A stretch of DNA of 64,000 nt from NCBI GenBank assembly GCA_951406725.2, contig OX597827.1, positions 78,926,001 through 78,990,000 of the forward strand, in the 5' to 3' direction. The notes beneath the pieces were generated by a model that was not told the DNA's origin, searched no databases, and saw only the letters and a program-made list of their open reading frames with translations. Source of the stretch: Octopus vulgaris (Eukaryota). Positions 24,449-37,655 of the stretch are shown one piece after another; position 1 is the stretch's first letter, and each line of letters starts with the position of its first letter. The position numbers and the translations under genes were made by a program.

Positions 24449-25190
24449 ACACACATGTGCACATGTGTGTGTGTGTGTATATATATATGTATTGAAAAAT
24501 AGTAAATACACTCTCTTATTACTCAAGTTATCAGAGTGTCACATACTTCACATGTATAACTGAAACTCTGAGTAACGACAGAGTGAATCCAGACTGTTTT
24601 TCAATAAATATATACTCTACTTTATGTATTGAGTACTCCTTCCATTTGTAAACATAACCATATATATATTACACACACACACACACACTCATACACATTT
24701 GCTCATTGATTACTCTAACACATAATTTTGATGTATACACCATAACCATTTGTTAATTTACATTTTATGTTGGTTGAGTGTATATATATATATACATACA
24801 TACACATCCTGTTCATTTGTTGATGTACAGTTAATTTTTTACATACCTGCCTTTGTGCATTGGTGAAACTATAAGACTGTAAGATATTTTTCTCTATCTG
24901 TCACATTCATTTATGAGTATCCAAACTATTTATTTATAAAAACACATTGTTGAAGGGAAGACATCTAAAAAATTTTCGGGGACATTTAGATTTCCTTCAT
25001 TGGTAAATATTAAAGCATATTCATTGCTGTATATATCCTATTTAAAAGTGAGTACATATCACGTGGCATATAGAATTTTTTTCCACAGTGACTGTATAAT
25101 TGACTTTTATTTCATAAACACTGCATTTATTGGCGAATGTTTTGAGCTGTTTCATCCATGTGACCTGTTCAGTAGAAACTGTATAAATCA

Positions 25191-25426
25191 AATAAGGTGG
25201 TGAGCTGGCAGAAACGTTAGCACACCGGGCGAAATGCGTAGCCGTATTTCGTCTGCCACTACGTTCTGAGTTCAAATTCCGCCGAGGTCGACTTTGCCTT
25301 TCATCCTTTCGGGGTTGATTAAATAAGTACCAGTTACACACTGGGGTCAATATAATCGACTTAATCCCTTTGTCTGTCCTTGTTTGTCCCCTCTGTGTGT
25401 AGCCCCTTGTGGGCAGTTAAGAAATA
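25191..25426 (+). mobile_element. SINE family B, full length
   Basis: GGTGGTGAGCTGGCAGAA head, GAGTTCAAATTCC B-box and conserved core. 17-bp TSD AGAAACTGTATAAATCA (25174-25190, 25427-25443). Confidence 0.9.
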
Positions 25427-25447
25427 AGAAACTGTATAAATCACTCT

Positions 25448-25481
<34 letters not shown>

Positions 25482-25539
25482 TGGTTGTCTACTCCTTCTG
25501 CAGAGTCTGACCACCTCTTGTGCTTACACCTGAGATCCA

Positions 25540-25760
25540 TCGTGGCTTTTTAAACCAGACAATGTATTGGAAAGACAGCCACATAGATTGCAAAACTGAT
25601 TTGGAAAACGAACCTCCACCAACCAACTACTCTACCTGTATTTACCTGTGCACACCTTTCAATGCCGTGTATGCCACAAAGTCTGTAAATCTAATGAAGG
25701 CCTCAAAAGACATTTTAAGACCCACAAAGATCAGAACTTCACTGCAGCTCTTGCTGGTCC
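25540..25760 (+). mobile_element. LINE (RTE-type) C-terminal C2H2 finger remnant
   Basis: FQCRVCHKVCKSNEGLKRHFKTH with no TGEKP linker or splice context. The C..C.K.C.S..GL..H pattern is typical of RTE ORF ends. Confidence 0.55.
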
Positions 25761-26533
25761 AAAGCAGATATGCAATCTATGTATGTGTATGTGTGTGTAT
25801 ACATACACACACACATACATGCATATACATTGTCATTTGTTTAATGTCCCCTTCCCTCTGCTCGCATGAGTTGGATTGAATTTTGTTGAGGCAGACTTTC
25901 TGCAGCCCGATGCCTTTCCTGTCACCAACACTAGTCTGTTTCTAGGTAAGGAGGCAGTAACACACACACACACACATATCTGTCTGTCTATTTGTCTGTC
26001 TTTCTCTCACCTTCTCTCTCCCTTTCCCTCACTCTGTTTCTCTCTCTCTCTCTCTTCACACATATATATGATGGGCTTCCTTCAGTTTCTATCTACCAGA
26101 TCAGCTGACAAGGCTGTAGTAGAAGACACTTGCCCAAGGTGCCACACAGTGGGACTGAACCTGGAACCTTGTTAGAAAGTAAACTTCTCATCACAAAGCC
26201 ACACCTGTATTGTTTGTGTGTGTGTGTGTGTGTGTGTGTCTGTATGAATATATATATGTATATATACACAAACATATATACATGCATATGTATGTGTGAT
26301 GAAAATAAGCAACAGGATATCAAGTAGTAATGCAGTACGACCTTTTCAAGTGGCTCCATTTAATTGAACAATGCAGTCATTACATCAATTTAAATGCAGT
26401 GCCATCTTCAGCTGCACAAATAAATAAATGGAATTTTAACAAGTAGGACACATTAATATAATTTTTCTTGAATATTTTAACAGAGCAAGTAGATGGAAGA
26501 AATTCATGTTGTCACTATTGTAACTAAGAAATA

Positions 26534-26695
26534 CCATATTTTAAAGTGTATAAGGAACCCCCTAACTTTTTGGGCTTAAAATTTTGAAAAAAGGTTTTGT
26601 AAGGGATTATAATACTATTCATGTATAAGAAACTCCCATATTTTTTTAACCTAATTTTTGACAAAAAAGGGTTCCTTATTCACGTTATAATATGG
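26534..26695. mobile_element. Tc2/pogo-like MITE, second copy
   Basis: TA|CCATATTT...TAATATGG|TA, homologous to 1072-1233. Confidence 0.75.
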
Positions 26696-27084
26696 TATAT
26701 CACCTGCTCTCTTGATCTGAGTCTCTAACTTACCTTCCTTTCTTTACCATGTCTCTACTCTACAGGGAGACACTTATCACTGCCCTTCTATACTTTTATT
26801 CTCTCATCAACTGGCACAAAGCTAAGCCCTTCAGTTCTGCTCCCCGCTCCCAGCTAAGGGGTGCCACATAAAAAGCACTGGGTCTGGTGCCATGTATAAA
26901 AAACACCCAGTACACTCTTGCGAAGTGGTTGCCTTTAGGAAGGGCATCCAGCAGTAGAAACCATGGCAAAACAGACAATGGAGTCTGGTGGAACTCCTGG
27001 CCTTGGTAGCTTCCATCAAAACCCAACCAACCCATGCCAGCATGGAAAATGGACATTAAATGATGACGGTCATTATATATCTCT

Positions 27085-27462
27085 CTTTTACTTGTTTCAG
27101 TCATTTGACTGCGGCCATGCTGGAGCACCGCCTTTGGTCGAGCAGATCGACCCCGGGACTTATTCTTTGTAAGCCCAGTACTTATTCTACCGGTCTCCTT
27201 TTGCCGAACCGCTAAGCATCGGTTGTCAAGCAATGTTGGGGGGACAAACACAGACACAAACACATACACGCACATACATATATATATATATATATATACA
27301 ACAGGCTTCTTTCAGTTTCCGTCTACCAAATCCACTCACAAGGCTTTGGTCGGCCCGAGGCTATAGCAGAGGACACTCGCCAAAGATGCCACGCAGTGGG
27401 ACTGAACCCGGAACCATGTGGTTGGTTAGTAAGCTACTTACCACACAGCCACTCCTGCGCCT
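27085..27462 (-). mobile_element. SINE family A
   Basis: Reverse complement of the family A consensus, with the head at 27462. Confidence 0.85.
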
Positions 27463-27829
27463 ATATGTATTGTTAAACCAAGGTAATTCCAAAGTAAGTT
27501 TAAGTGTAACACTGAAGCATTTATTGATGAGGTGATTCTTAAATAATTGTTTAAGATGTCTGGGACTTCATAACAAAAGTACACACACACATACACACAC
27601 ACACACATATATATATATATATGTGTGTAAATAAATAAACGTGTGTGTACGTATGTATATATGTGCATAGCATACACACATTCATGTCTACACAATGTTC
27701 ATATTTATCCTCTGTTCAATGGACACAAGCTGTACTTACAGTTCAATGTATCAACACTTCTTAACAGTTTCCGTTTATCAGTAATGGTTCATAAACAGCA
27801 CACACACACATACACACATCTCTCATTTC

Positions 27830-27897
<68 letters not shown>

Positions 27898-28190
27898 GTT
27901 TGACATGATAGATCGCTAGCCACTACACATTCTTTAATTTCTGTCCTTGTTTCCATCTGTGTTCTTCTCCGTGGAAAAGCGTAGGCTTGAAACGTTAAAG
28001 ACTTTTTCACTTCCTGAGCGTTAAACTAATACGTCTGTTTGTATGTGTATATATATGATTATTATTCAATCCAAGGAAAAAACACTTTCCTTCAATGGGA
28101 TGGAAAACATCCAATTTTCACTGGTTCTTCAGTTAAATACCACAAGATAGTAGCAAAAAAATCTGAACTTAAAATGGTATAATTTCAATA

Positions 28191-28674
28191 TATAAATATT
28201 AAAGGAAATAGAGAAATACAATTGACATAATAAAAATTTATTAACATTATTATATAATATAATTATAATATAAAAGGATATAATATAATATAAATAATTA
28301 AAACAAATATCAATCCTACAATTTGTTTTGATTCATATCCACTCGTGAATTTATAAAAATTCACTTTTAAGCATTTGAGTCTCATCAGGGTTAATATTTG
28401 TCTTAACATTTCATTCAAAGACTGTTGAATCATTTTATGATTTAGCAGTCCTTGCATGAAATTTTTGTCTTTTTTTAGACAAATATTAACCCTGACGAGA
28501 CTCAAATGCTTAAAAGTGAATTTTTATAAATTCACGAGTGGATATGAATTGAAACAAATTGTAGGATACATATTTGTTATACTATATCTTTTTATAGTAT
28601 AATCATATTATATTATAATGATAATAAATATATAATATGTCAATTGTATTTCTCTATTTCCTTTAATATTTATA
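28191..28674. mobile_element. Long inverted repeat, probable Penelope-like inverted pLTR pair carrying hammerhead motifs
   Basis: Arms 28191-28403 and 28477-28674 are reverse complements. The right arm contains CTGACGAG...GAAACAAATTGTA (28492-28563). Confidence 0.65.
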
Positions 28675-28679
28675 CATAC

Positions 28680-29141
28680 ATATATATGTGTGCGTGTGTG
28701 TAGATATGTAAATATACATGTACATATATATATGTATATATAATATGTATATATGTGTATATATATAATGTGTATGTATATATATGTATATATAATGTAT
28801 ATATATAATGTGTATGTATATATATATATGTATATATAATGTATATATACATATATATTGATAAATATATATAATGTATATATGTGTGTGTATATATATA
28901 TGTATGCACACACACACACATACATACAAATATGCACCCAGTACACACTGTAAAGTGGGGTGGCATTAAGAAGGGTATCCGTCTGCAGAAACCATTTTTA
29001 AAGCAGACAGTTGAGTTTGGTGCAGTCATCTGACTTGCCAGTTCCTGCCAAACCACCCAAACTATACCAGCCTCAGAAGTGGATATAGAATGATGATGAT
29101 GACAGTGCATACATAAACACAAATATATATATAAATATATC

Positions 29142-29215
<74 letters not shown>

Positions 29216-29302
29216 TATATATATATATGTATGTATATGTATACTTACATACAGATATGTGTGTGTATGTATATATATATGTGTCTGTGTACATATATTT
29301 AT

Positions 29303-29336
<34 letters not shown>

Positions 29337-29460
29337 TCATTAAATAAGGATAAAAATCACGCTAATGATAATTATCAGGTAGTCAGCATGGAAATAAGCA
29401 ATTTATACATTAAATTAGTAAATATATATATATATATATATAATATATAATTATTAACTT
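28680..29460. repeat. (TA)n/(CA)n low-complexity region with an embedded RTE-tail fragment (about 28930-29103)
   Basis: Directly visible. Confidence 0.85.
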
Positions 29461-30427
29461 AATATATATATGAATATATAATTATTAATATATATATCCT
29501 AAACACACACCCGCACACACATATATACATAAGCATAACCACACCTGTACACACACAACCACATATACACATTGATATCCATAGACATGCCATAGTGTTT
29601 AATGAAGAATCTCTTGAAAACTCTTCTCTGAATTCCTTTTTTTTTTTTCTCCTGTAATTCTTCACATTTGCCTTGAACTAAGCCACTGTTGTTGAGATGT
29701 GAGGTTGTATCTGTGAGCGAATCCCCTCTCGTATGTTGTTGCCTGTCTACCAAAACCTCCCGTTCTACCTCGTTTGGCACGAATGTGTCTGAAGGCTGAA
29801 TGCATAACAGTTTCTTTTTGTAACATGTTAACCATCTCATCTGCCACCCGTGGTTCACTGCAAACGTCACACAACTGCCGTACGCTCCACCAGGGGTACA
29901 TTTTCATTATTTGAGAAAATATTTTATTGTACGTCATTTTATAAACAAACTTTGGAATTGTCGAATGTGTTATTTCACAAACAAGAAAGTAAATTTCAAA
30001 CACAATATAACCGTAAGGACAGCAGAAAGTTAGGCTGTTTACCCTTGTAACTTTTTTCTGTCTTATAAGGGTAAATATTCAATCCTTCTACTGTTTTCAC
30101 AGCTATACTGCATTGAAAATTTACTTTGCAAAATATTTTGTTCTGTCTCTTTGACATGGTTTTGAAGATATTTAAACAGCATGAGTGCTAAATATTAAAG
30201 TTGTAAAAATGCCAGAAAATTACATTTCCTTGTAACTAATCAATATGTAGTATGAGCAGAGATATGTAGCATCACTGGTCAGGTCCAGTTATAGGCTGTG
30301 GTGGTTGACGTGTTCAATTTGTTCTTCCAGACTTGCATCAGTTTCACAAATACATATTGAAGAATAGTTTTACATCTTGATGCTCTTTTCTGCTGTTAAT
30401 CCTTGACTGTTTCTCAAACAGGAGTTT

Positions 30428-30685
30428 CTTTGGAGTAAAGATTGTTTGCCAACGTAACATGGCAGTCTTGGTTTAGGACGAATGTTGCTGTAATTTAGCC
30501 CCAAGAGACATCAACTCCAGCTGGCTATATGACACGATCTGTGTCCTTATATTTTCAAAAATATAAGGACACACATTGTGTTGTATAGCCAGCTGGAGTT
30601 GATGTCTTCTGGGGCTAAATTACAGCAACATTCGTCCTAAACCAGGACTGCCATGTTATGTTGGCAAACAATCTTTACTCCAAAG
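30428..30685. repeat. ~258-bp near-perfect palindrome (foldback/MITE-like)
   Basis: CTTTGGAGTAAAGATTGTTTGCCAAC... mirrors ...GTTGGCAAACAATCTTTACTCCAAAG, with its centre near 30557. Confidence 0.9.
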
Positions 30686-31369
30686 TATTGTTGCTGAATA
30701 TCTCTCATTGTGAGATTTACAGATAGTAATTTTCTAAGGAGTTTCTTTGTTGTTGCACTCTGCACTTCTTTGAAATCTCAGAGAGAGAGACAGGATGATT
30801 TATTGTTAAAGAAATTATGATGAAGAATACTAGAATCTTGTTGTTGCAATCACAAAACATAAATATTCTCATGGACTCATACACTCATATACATATATAC
30901 ATAGACACACACACATATTTGCATGTGTGCGTATGTGTGTTTTGTACAGTTTCTGTCTACCAAATTCATTCCCAAGGCCTTGGTGTACTCGGAGCGAATA
31001 GAAATCTTTTGCCTCAGTTGCTCTACAGCAGAACTGAACCTGAAACCTCATGGTTCTGAAGCAACCTCCTTAAACCACACGGCCACTCCTACTACTCCAC
31101 TATTTTGGGTCACTAATTTTTTAATGCACATGTTAATTTTCCTGAGTACACACCAGATTTTTGCGTGCACTGGTTACTAAATATAATGGGTGTGCCAAGT
31201 GAGACGAGTTCTTTTTGTTCTGACTGTAACCTCTGCAACAACACTAATGCCGAGTGGTAATGGCCCAAGTTGGTGGCCTTTCCTTTGGATAAACATCAGC
31301 ATCGTGATAAGGGGAGGAGGCTTGCATGCATGGGCAGTTGCTTGTCTTTCTCAAAAAAACAATCTGTGT

Positions 31370-31575
31370 CTTTATTGCCCACAAGGGGCTAAACATAGAG
31401 GGGACAAACTAGGACAGACAAAGGGATTAAGTTGATTACATCGACCCCAGTGCATAACTGGTACTTATTTGATCGACCCCGAAAGGATGAAAGGCAAAGT
31501 CAACTTCAGCAGAATTTGAACTCTGAACGTAATGGCAGATGAAATACTGCTAAGCATTTCACCCAGCATGCTAAC
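31370..31575 (-). mobile_element. SINE family B
   Basis: Reverse complement of the 25191 copy. Confidence 0.8.
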
Positions 31576-33529
31576 ACATATGTATAGATGCATGATTGAC
31601 AAGTGGCCCTTTATGTCTTACTGAGGAGGTCATAATAAGAGTGAAATATGTCAAGAGTCATTTTTTCTTGATAAAAGGTTTAAAACAATATTAGTCATTG
31701 ACTAACATTGTTCCTCATCACATTGTTATTTCTAATTAACACATTTAATGCTCCTTTCATTAAATGTGTTGACAGAAACTAAACTATACTATATAGAGTG
31801 TCCTTTGCTTTTTAGCTGTCAGAATGTAATTTGAGGAAGATTTGACTGCTTTTTCTAGCAGACTGAATGATTGTGTAATTGTTCCTTTGTTGGTTCATGA
31901 AAACATGTCGACTGATGTTGATTTTCAGCCTAATTGATGGCTTAGCTCAAACTTTGGCCTGAGACACTGATTACAGACTGTCGCTAAAAAAATCATTTGA
32001 CTAATATTACACATGTGGTGATGAGAAAAACAAACAAACAAATCATTACTATATTGATCAACTCTGGTCACAAAAGGGAAGGGAAGCAACTCAGGAATTT
32101 TTAATTAAAATGTGATAAAAAATAGAATGTGGACATTGTAGTGTAGAGTGAGTTTGATGCTGGCAGTAAGGTGAGACAACTCTGACATATTTCAACCTTA
32201 TTAGTCCTCATCAGTTATACCAACACTAACATGATTAACTGTGGCTAAGAATGAATGGCTTCTCATTTAATCAGTTAATGCATGCAGTTTTTAGCATGTG
32301 TGTGTGTGTGTATATAAATATGTATGTGGTTGTGTGTGTGAAAAATGAAGGGAGAGAGATGGTGACACACATCCACTCTATGCCAGTTTGGTAAAAACCA
32401 GACATAAGGTTATCAAGATGATAAATGCATGTGTGTGTGTGTGTCCATATGTATATGTGTATGTACCACCTTCAGTCTACATCAGCAACAAGGATGACAT
32501 TTGCTGAACAAATTCACTTGAATGTCAACAACAACAACAGCTGTAGCTATCAGAAAGCAAAGTAAGTCCTGGTGTCGACTGCTGGAATGAAAAAGTTTAT
32601 GAAAGGAAATCAAGTGACAAATTAGTTATTAATTTGCTGAACGTGGACAATAGGTTGCTGCTATTTAACCCGAGGTTGACCCCGATTGAGCAGACCTTTT
32701 ATCAAAGTTGTTCCAGCCATGACCGTCCCACCTTCTCTCCAAGTATCCCAGACTAGATTCTTTAATATGCCCTTTAGCATTTAATCAGTCCATTACTGGT
32801 GCCGTATATTCTCCCCGTTTTATGCTTAAACAAACCAGATCCAGCCTCTCACACCCATCCTACAATGTCATTCTAAACATTTACAAATCTCACCATTGAA
32901 ATCTTGAAGCTACAAAATAATCCATGATTAATTCAAAACAATGTGAAGAAATAAATACATTTGATGGAGGAAGCTGGCTGCCAAGGGATTAATACAGCCA
33001 ATCGTTTTTAAAGACACTAGGGTTTGATAAACTTTTTGTCTGTGTTATCTGAGTATCGTGGGTCTATAGCCAGAGTATACCTAAAACCTCTATAGAGGTT
33101 TTAGGGTTATATCCCTAAATTGGTTGCTTTCCACTTGTTATTTTATGCCAGACCCTGTCCTGGTATTTATTCTCTGAAGGGTTTGCTAGCCCGTGACCCT
33201 ATATAGGATTTGCTGGGTTTTTCTAGTGACCCTCCCCACCAAGTTAATTGGGGAGGATGGAGACTGGCTTGGTCGCCAGGCAACAGGTTATACTGGGGTA
33301 CATGCTGCACCCTCTTATTCCTCTCCCCATCGTTGCAGTGGATTGGCAGAATCGGTAGAGCATCAGACATGCCTTGCAGTATTTACTTGTGACTCAGAAG
33401 TCATCTTTGCCTTTCATCCCTCCAGGGTCAATAAAAGAAAGTACCAGTCATATACTGGGATCAGTGTAATCAGTTAGCCTCTCCTCTCAAAACTGCTAGC
33501 TTCTTTCTAATTTAGAAACCATTATTATT

Positions 33530-34085
33530 GAGTGAAAGAGCAGTGCTTGCCATCAAAGTGACACTGGGGTAAAATATACGAAGCCCAGTATACCCATCAT
33601 GACCACCCGTCTGATAAGGGTACCCAGGCACATGCATCACAACCATATGTGTGCAACATGGTGATCTTATATCAAGATAAACAACATGTGACCTTGCAGG
33701 TGGGGCCCAGTTAGAATTTTCTTCAAGTCAAGTAGCCCATCCCACTCAAAAGGTCCCCGAATAAGGGTTGTTTAAGGATGTTGAACAAAACACCCTTATT
33801 TCCAAAGGCGAATTATTCAAACCCCAAAGAATTACTCTCAACACATGGCTATGATGCTCCCCCACTACTTCTGCTTGTGATCAGAGATGCACTTATCGTC
33901 AGCCACTAAGGGACATGCTCAACTGGTTAAGGTCAAACAACTGACAAGCAAATCTGTGGTATTGAGCAGAATATTTGCTGTAGCCCATCTTTTATACCAA
34001 AACAAAACAATGTACATGATAACACTTCCAATCAGTTAAGATCAGAAGCCATGAGAGCCACTGCCTGGTACTGCATCAGGACATT
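33530..34085. repeat. Unclassified interspersed-repeat-like segment bounded by (TTA)n
   Basis: GC-richer block flanked by TTA repeats. Single copy in this window, so repeat status is only inferred. Confidence 0.35.
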
Positions 34086-34132
34086 TATTATTTATTATTA
34101 TTATTATTATTATTGTTATTATTATTATTATT

Positions 34133-34550
34133 AAGGTGGCGAGCTGACAGAACTGTTAGCGTGCTGGACAAAATACTTAGCAGTATTTCATCCATCTTTA
34201 TGCTCTGAGTTCAAATTCCACTGAAGTCTACTTTGCCTTTCATCTTTTTGAGGTTGATTAAATAAGTACCAGTTATGTACTGAGGTTGGTGTAATCGACT
34301 TAATCCCTCCCCCCAAATTTGAGACCTTTTGCTTCCAGTAGAAAGGATTATTATTATTATTATCATCATGATTATTATTATTATTATTATTAAGGTGGTG
34401 AGCTGGCAGAATCGTTAGTATGCTTAGCAGTATTTCATCTGCTACTACATTCTGAGTTTGATTTTGCCTTTCTTCGTTTTGGGGGTCAATAAATTAAGTA
34501 CCAGTCGAGTACTGGGGGTCAATGTAATCGACTATAACCCCTCCCCAAAT
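34133..34550 (+). mobile_element. Two tandem SINE family B copies separated by (ATT)n
   Basis: AAGGTGGCGAGCTG / AAGGTGGTGAGCTGG heads at about 34133 and 34392, each with the family B core. Confidence 0.8.
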
Positions 34551-34964
34551 TTCAGTGAAGTTCGAACCATTTACCATTTAACCTGTTTACCGAAATCGGA
34601 ATATAGAGGTTGCATCTTGTGTGAAGGTTGCCACTTGCAACATCACTGCACCGATCATCCACATATGCCAATTTTGAAATATCAATAAAATCAATAGAGA
34701 CACATTGCATAACTGCAGTGTGAACTGCACCAGTTGCAATCCTGAAATAACCCAGTTTTGCATGTCAACATGCAACAGTCTGACTTCCACAAACCACAAA
34801 CTGAAAATACTCTTTTCTTTTTCTGTCATGTTCTGCTTTTTATTTCTTTTTACTCGTTGCACAATAACACCACACAATTGTCGGCTCTTTTACTTACACT
34901 CAACCGACTGACAATATCAAAAGGATATTCATATACATACATGTGTGTGTATATATGTATATAC

Positions 34965-35280
34965 TCTTTTACTCTTTTACTTGTTTCAGTCATTTGACTG
35001 TGGCCATGCTGGAGCACCGCCTTTAGTCGAGCAAATCGACCCCGGGACTTATTCTTTGTAAGCCCAGTACTTATTCTATCGGTCTCTTTTGCCGAACCGC
35101 TAAGTGACGGGGACGTAAACACACCAGCATCGGTTGTCAAGCAATGCTGGGGGGACAAACACAGACACACAAACATATACACACACACTTATATATATAT
35201 ATACATATATACGACAGGCTTCTTTCAGTTTCCGTCTACCAAATCCACTCACAAGACATTGGCCGGCCCGGGGCTATAGC
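34965..35280 (-). mobile_element. SINE family A (head truncated)
   Basis: Matches the family A body and tail. Confidence 0.85.
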
Positions 35281-35342
35281 ATATGTATATATTTTTAAAT
35301 ATATATATACACACATATATATATATATACACACATATATAT

Positions 35343-35384
<42 letters not shown>

Positions 35385-35782
35385 ACAATTGAGGGTAAAA
35401 CTAATTAGTTATTAATCAATTTCACCAAAGTAGTGTTCAGTATGTAAAAGGACCATTTAAGGCGAATTCAAAATATTACATTATATAATTAGGGCTTAGT
35501 AAAATAAATTACTTTGCCACATACTGAGCTTTCTAGAAATAGCAGCCAAAAAGTTTTTTAGCCATTTCCACTACTTTAAGAAAATTTCTCTCAGATAATG
35601 TTTACTCAAAAATAACTCACGAAGATATGGAGGTAAAAACAGTAAAATATCACAAGTACAAAGATCATTTGAGAACGTCAACGATATATATATATATACA
35701 TACACATATATATATACATATATATATATGTATATATATATAAACATAAATATATATGTGTGTATATATATATTATTATATA

Positions 35783-36256
35783 AGCACCATCCGTTCGCGT
35801 CCGTTGCCAGCCTCGGCTGGCCCCCGTGCCGGTGACACGTAAAAGCACCGTCCGTTCGTGGCCGGTTGCCAGCTCTGTCTGGCTCCATGTCGGTGGCACG
35901 TAAAAGCACCATCCGTTCGTGTCCGTTGCCAGCATCGCCTGGCCCCGTGCCGGTGACACGTAAAAGCACCATCCGTTCGTGTCCGTTGCCAGCTCTGTCT
36001 GGCCCCGTGTCGGTGACACGTAAAAGCACCATCCGTTCGTGGCCGTTCGCCAGCTCTGTCTGGCACCTGTGCAGGTGGCACGTAAAAACACCCACTACAC
36101 TCGCGGAGTGGTTGGCGTTAGGAAGGGCATCCAGCCGTAGAAACACTGCCAGATCTGACTGGGCCTGACGAAGCCTTCCAGCTTCACAGACCCCAGTTGA
36201 CCCGTCCAACCCATGCTAGCATGGAAAGCGGACGCTAAACGATGATGATGATGATG
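35783..36256 (+). mobile_element. RTE-related 3'-end element with ~60-bp tandem array and (GAT)n tail
   Basis: About 5 units CCGTTCGTGTCCGTTGCCAGC...GTGCCGGTGACACGTAAAAGCACC. CpGs are retained, suggesting a young copy. Confidence 0.85.
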
Positions 36257-36360
36257 TAGAAAAATACAAACTGGGACAAGAACGTAAAACATTTAGAAGA
36301 CGATACAAAAAACACGGACGGGACATTCGAAGCCGTCAATCTTCAGTCATACACACATTC

Positions 36361-36396
<36 letters not shown>

Positions 36397-37311
36397 TTAC
36401 ATATAAGAGAACAAAGTGTACGTATGCCGCTATATATATATATATATATACAAAAAATTCAAAATGGGACAAGAACACAAAACATCCAGTTAGATGATAC
36501 AAAAAACACAGACGGGTCATTCGAAGCCTTTAATCTTCAGTCAAGAACCGGGTCATCCTCGAAATTTCAGCTGATTAATCTTGAGATTGCTCCAATCTGG
36601 CCAGCCCCAAGGAAAAACTAAGCTACGAGCAGTAGATTCCTTGGAAAACGGATCGAATGTATATGTGTATATGGGGAGGAGAGAGAGATGTACACACAAA
36701 CACACACACACATATATACATACACACATATATATACATACATACATACATACACACACATATATATACATATATACGCATACATACATATGTGTGTGTG
36801 TGTGTCTGTGTATGTTATCAAATTGTTTATTACTGTTTATTAGTAAATTGGTGTGTGTTACAGTACGTGCACACTCTCACGCACTTTCACACACACATAC
36901 ACATACATGCACACATACACACATGCACATTTTTTTGTTTCAGTTATTTGACCGCGGCCATACTGGAGCACCACCTTTAGTTGAACAAATCGAACCCAGG
37001 ATCTTATTCTTTGTTAGCCTAATACTTATTCTGTCGGTATCTATTCCCGAACTGCTAAGTTACGGGGACGTAAACCCACCAACATCAGTAGTTAAGCAAT
37101 GATAGGGAGACAAACACACACACACACACACAAACATATATATATACTAGCTGGTGTACCCAGTAATTCCCTGGGGTAAAGATGTTCTATTGAAACGCCT
37201 TATTACTTTGATATAAGAAATCAATTTCGTTATAACGGCCACAAAAGGTGTTTTTTCCATCATGAAAAAGTACAAAAAAACTGTCAGCTGGAGGAGGGAG
37301 ATATATATATC

Positions 37312-37655
37312 ATCATCATCATCATCATCATCGTTTAACGTCCGTTCTCCATGCTAGCATGGGTTGGACGGTTCGACCGGGGATCTGGGAAGTCAGAAGG
37401 CTGCACCAGGCTCCAGTCTTATCTGGCAATGTTTCTACAGCTGGATGCCCTTCCTAACACCAACCACTCCGTGAGTGTAGTGGGTGCTTTTTACATGCCA
37501 CCTGCACAGGTGCCAGGCTAGGCTGGCAACGGCCACGGTCAGATTGGTGCATTTTACGTGCCACCGGCACAGAAGCCAGTCGAGGCGGCACTGGCATCGG
37601 CCACGATTCGGATGGTGCTTTTTACATGCCACCGGCACGGAAGCCAGTCGAGGCA
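37312..37655 (-). mobile_element. RTE-related 3'-end element
   Basis: (CAT)n followed by the reverse complement of the conserved end. Confidence 0.8.

Noticed and set aside
25648-25740. Extra exon of the zinc-finger gene
   Set aside because: It lies after the stop codon, lacks TGEKP linkers, and fits an RTE LINE terminal finger.
28608-29450. Multiple Y/I/H/T-rich ORFs
   Set aside because: Translations of (TA)n/(CA)n microsatellites. The same applies to most short ORFs in the track.
36255-36660. Hammerhead in the duplicated CTGAAGA-containing repeat
   Set aside because: CTGAAGA is present on the minus strand, but I could not build stems II/III with a GAAA...UH in register.
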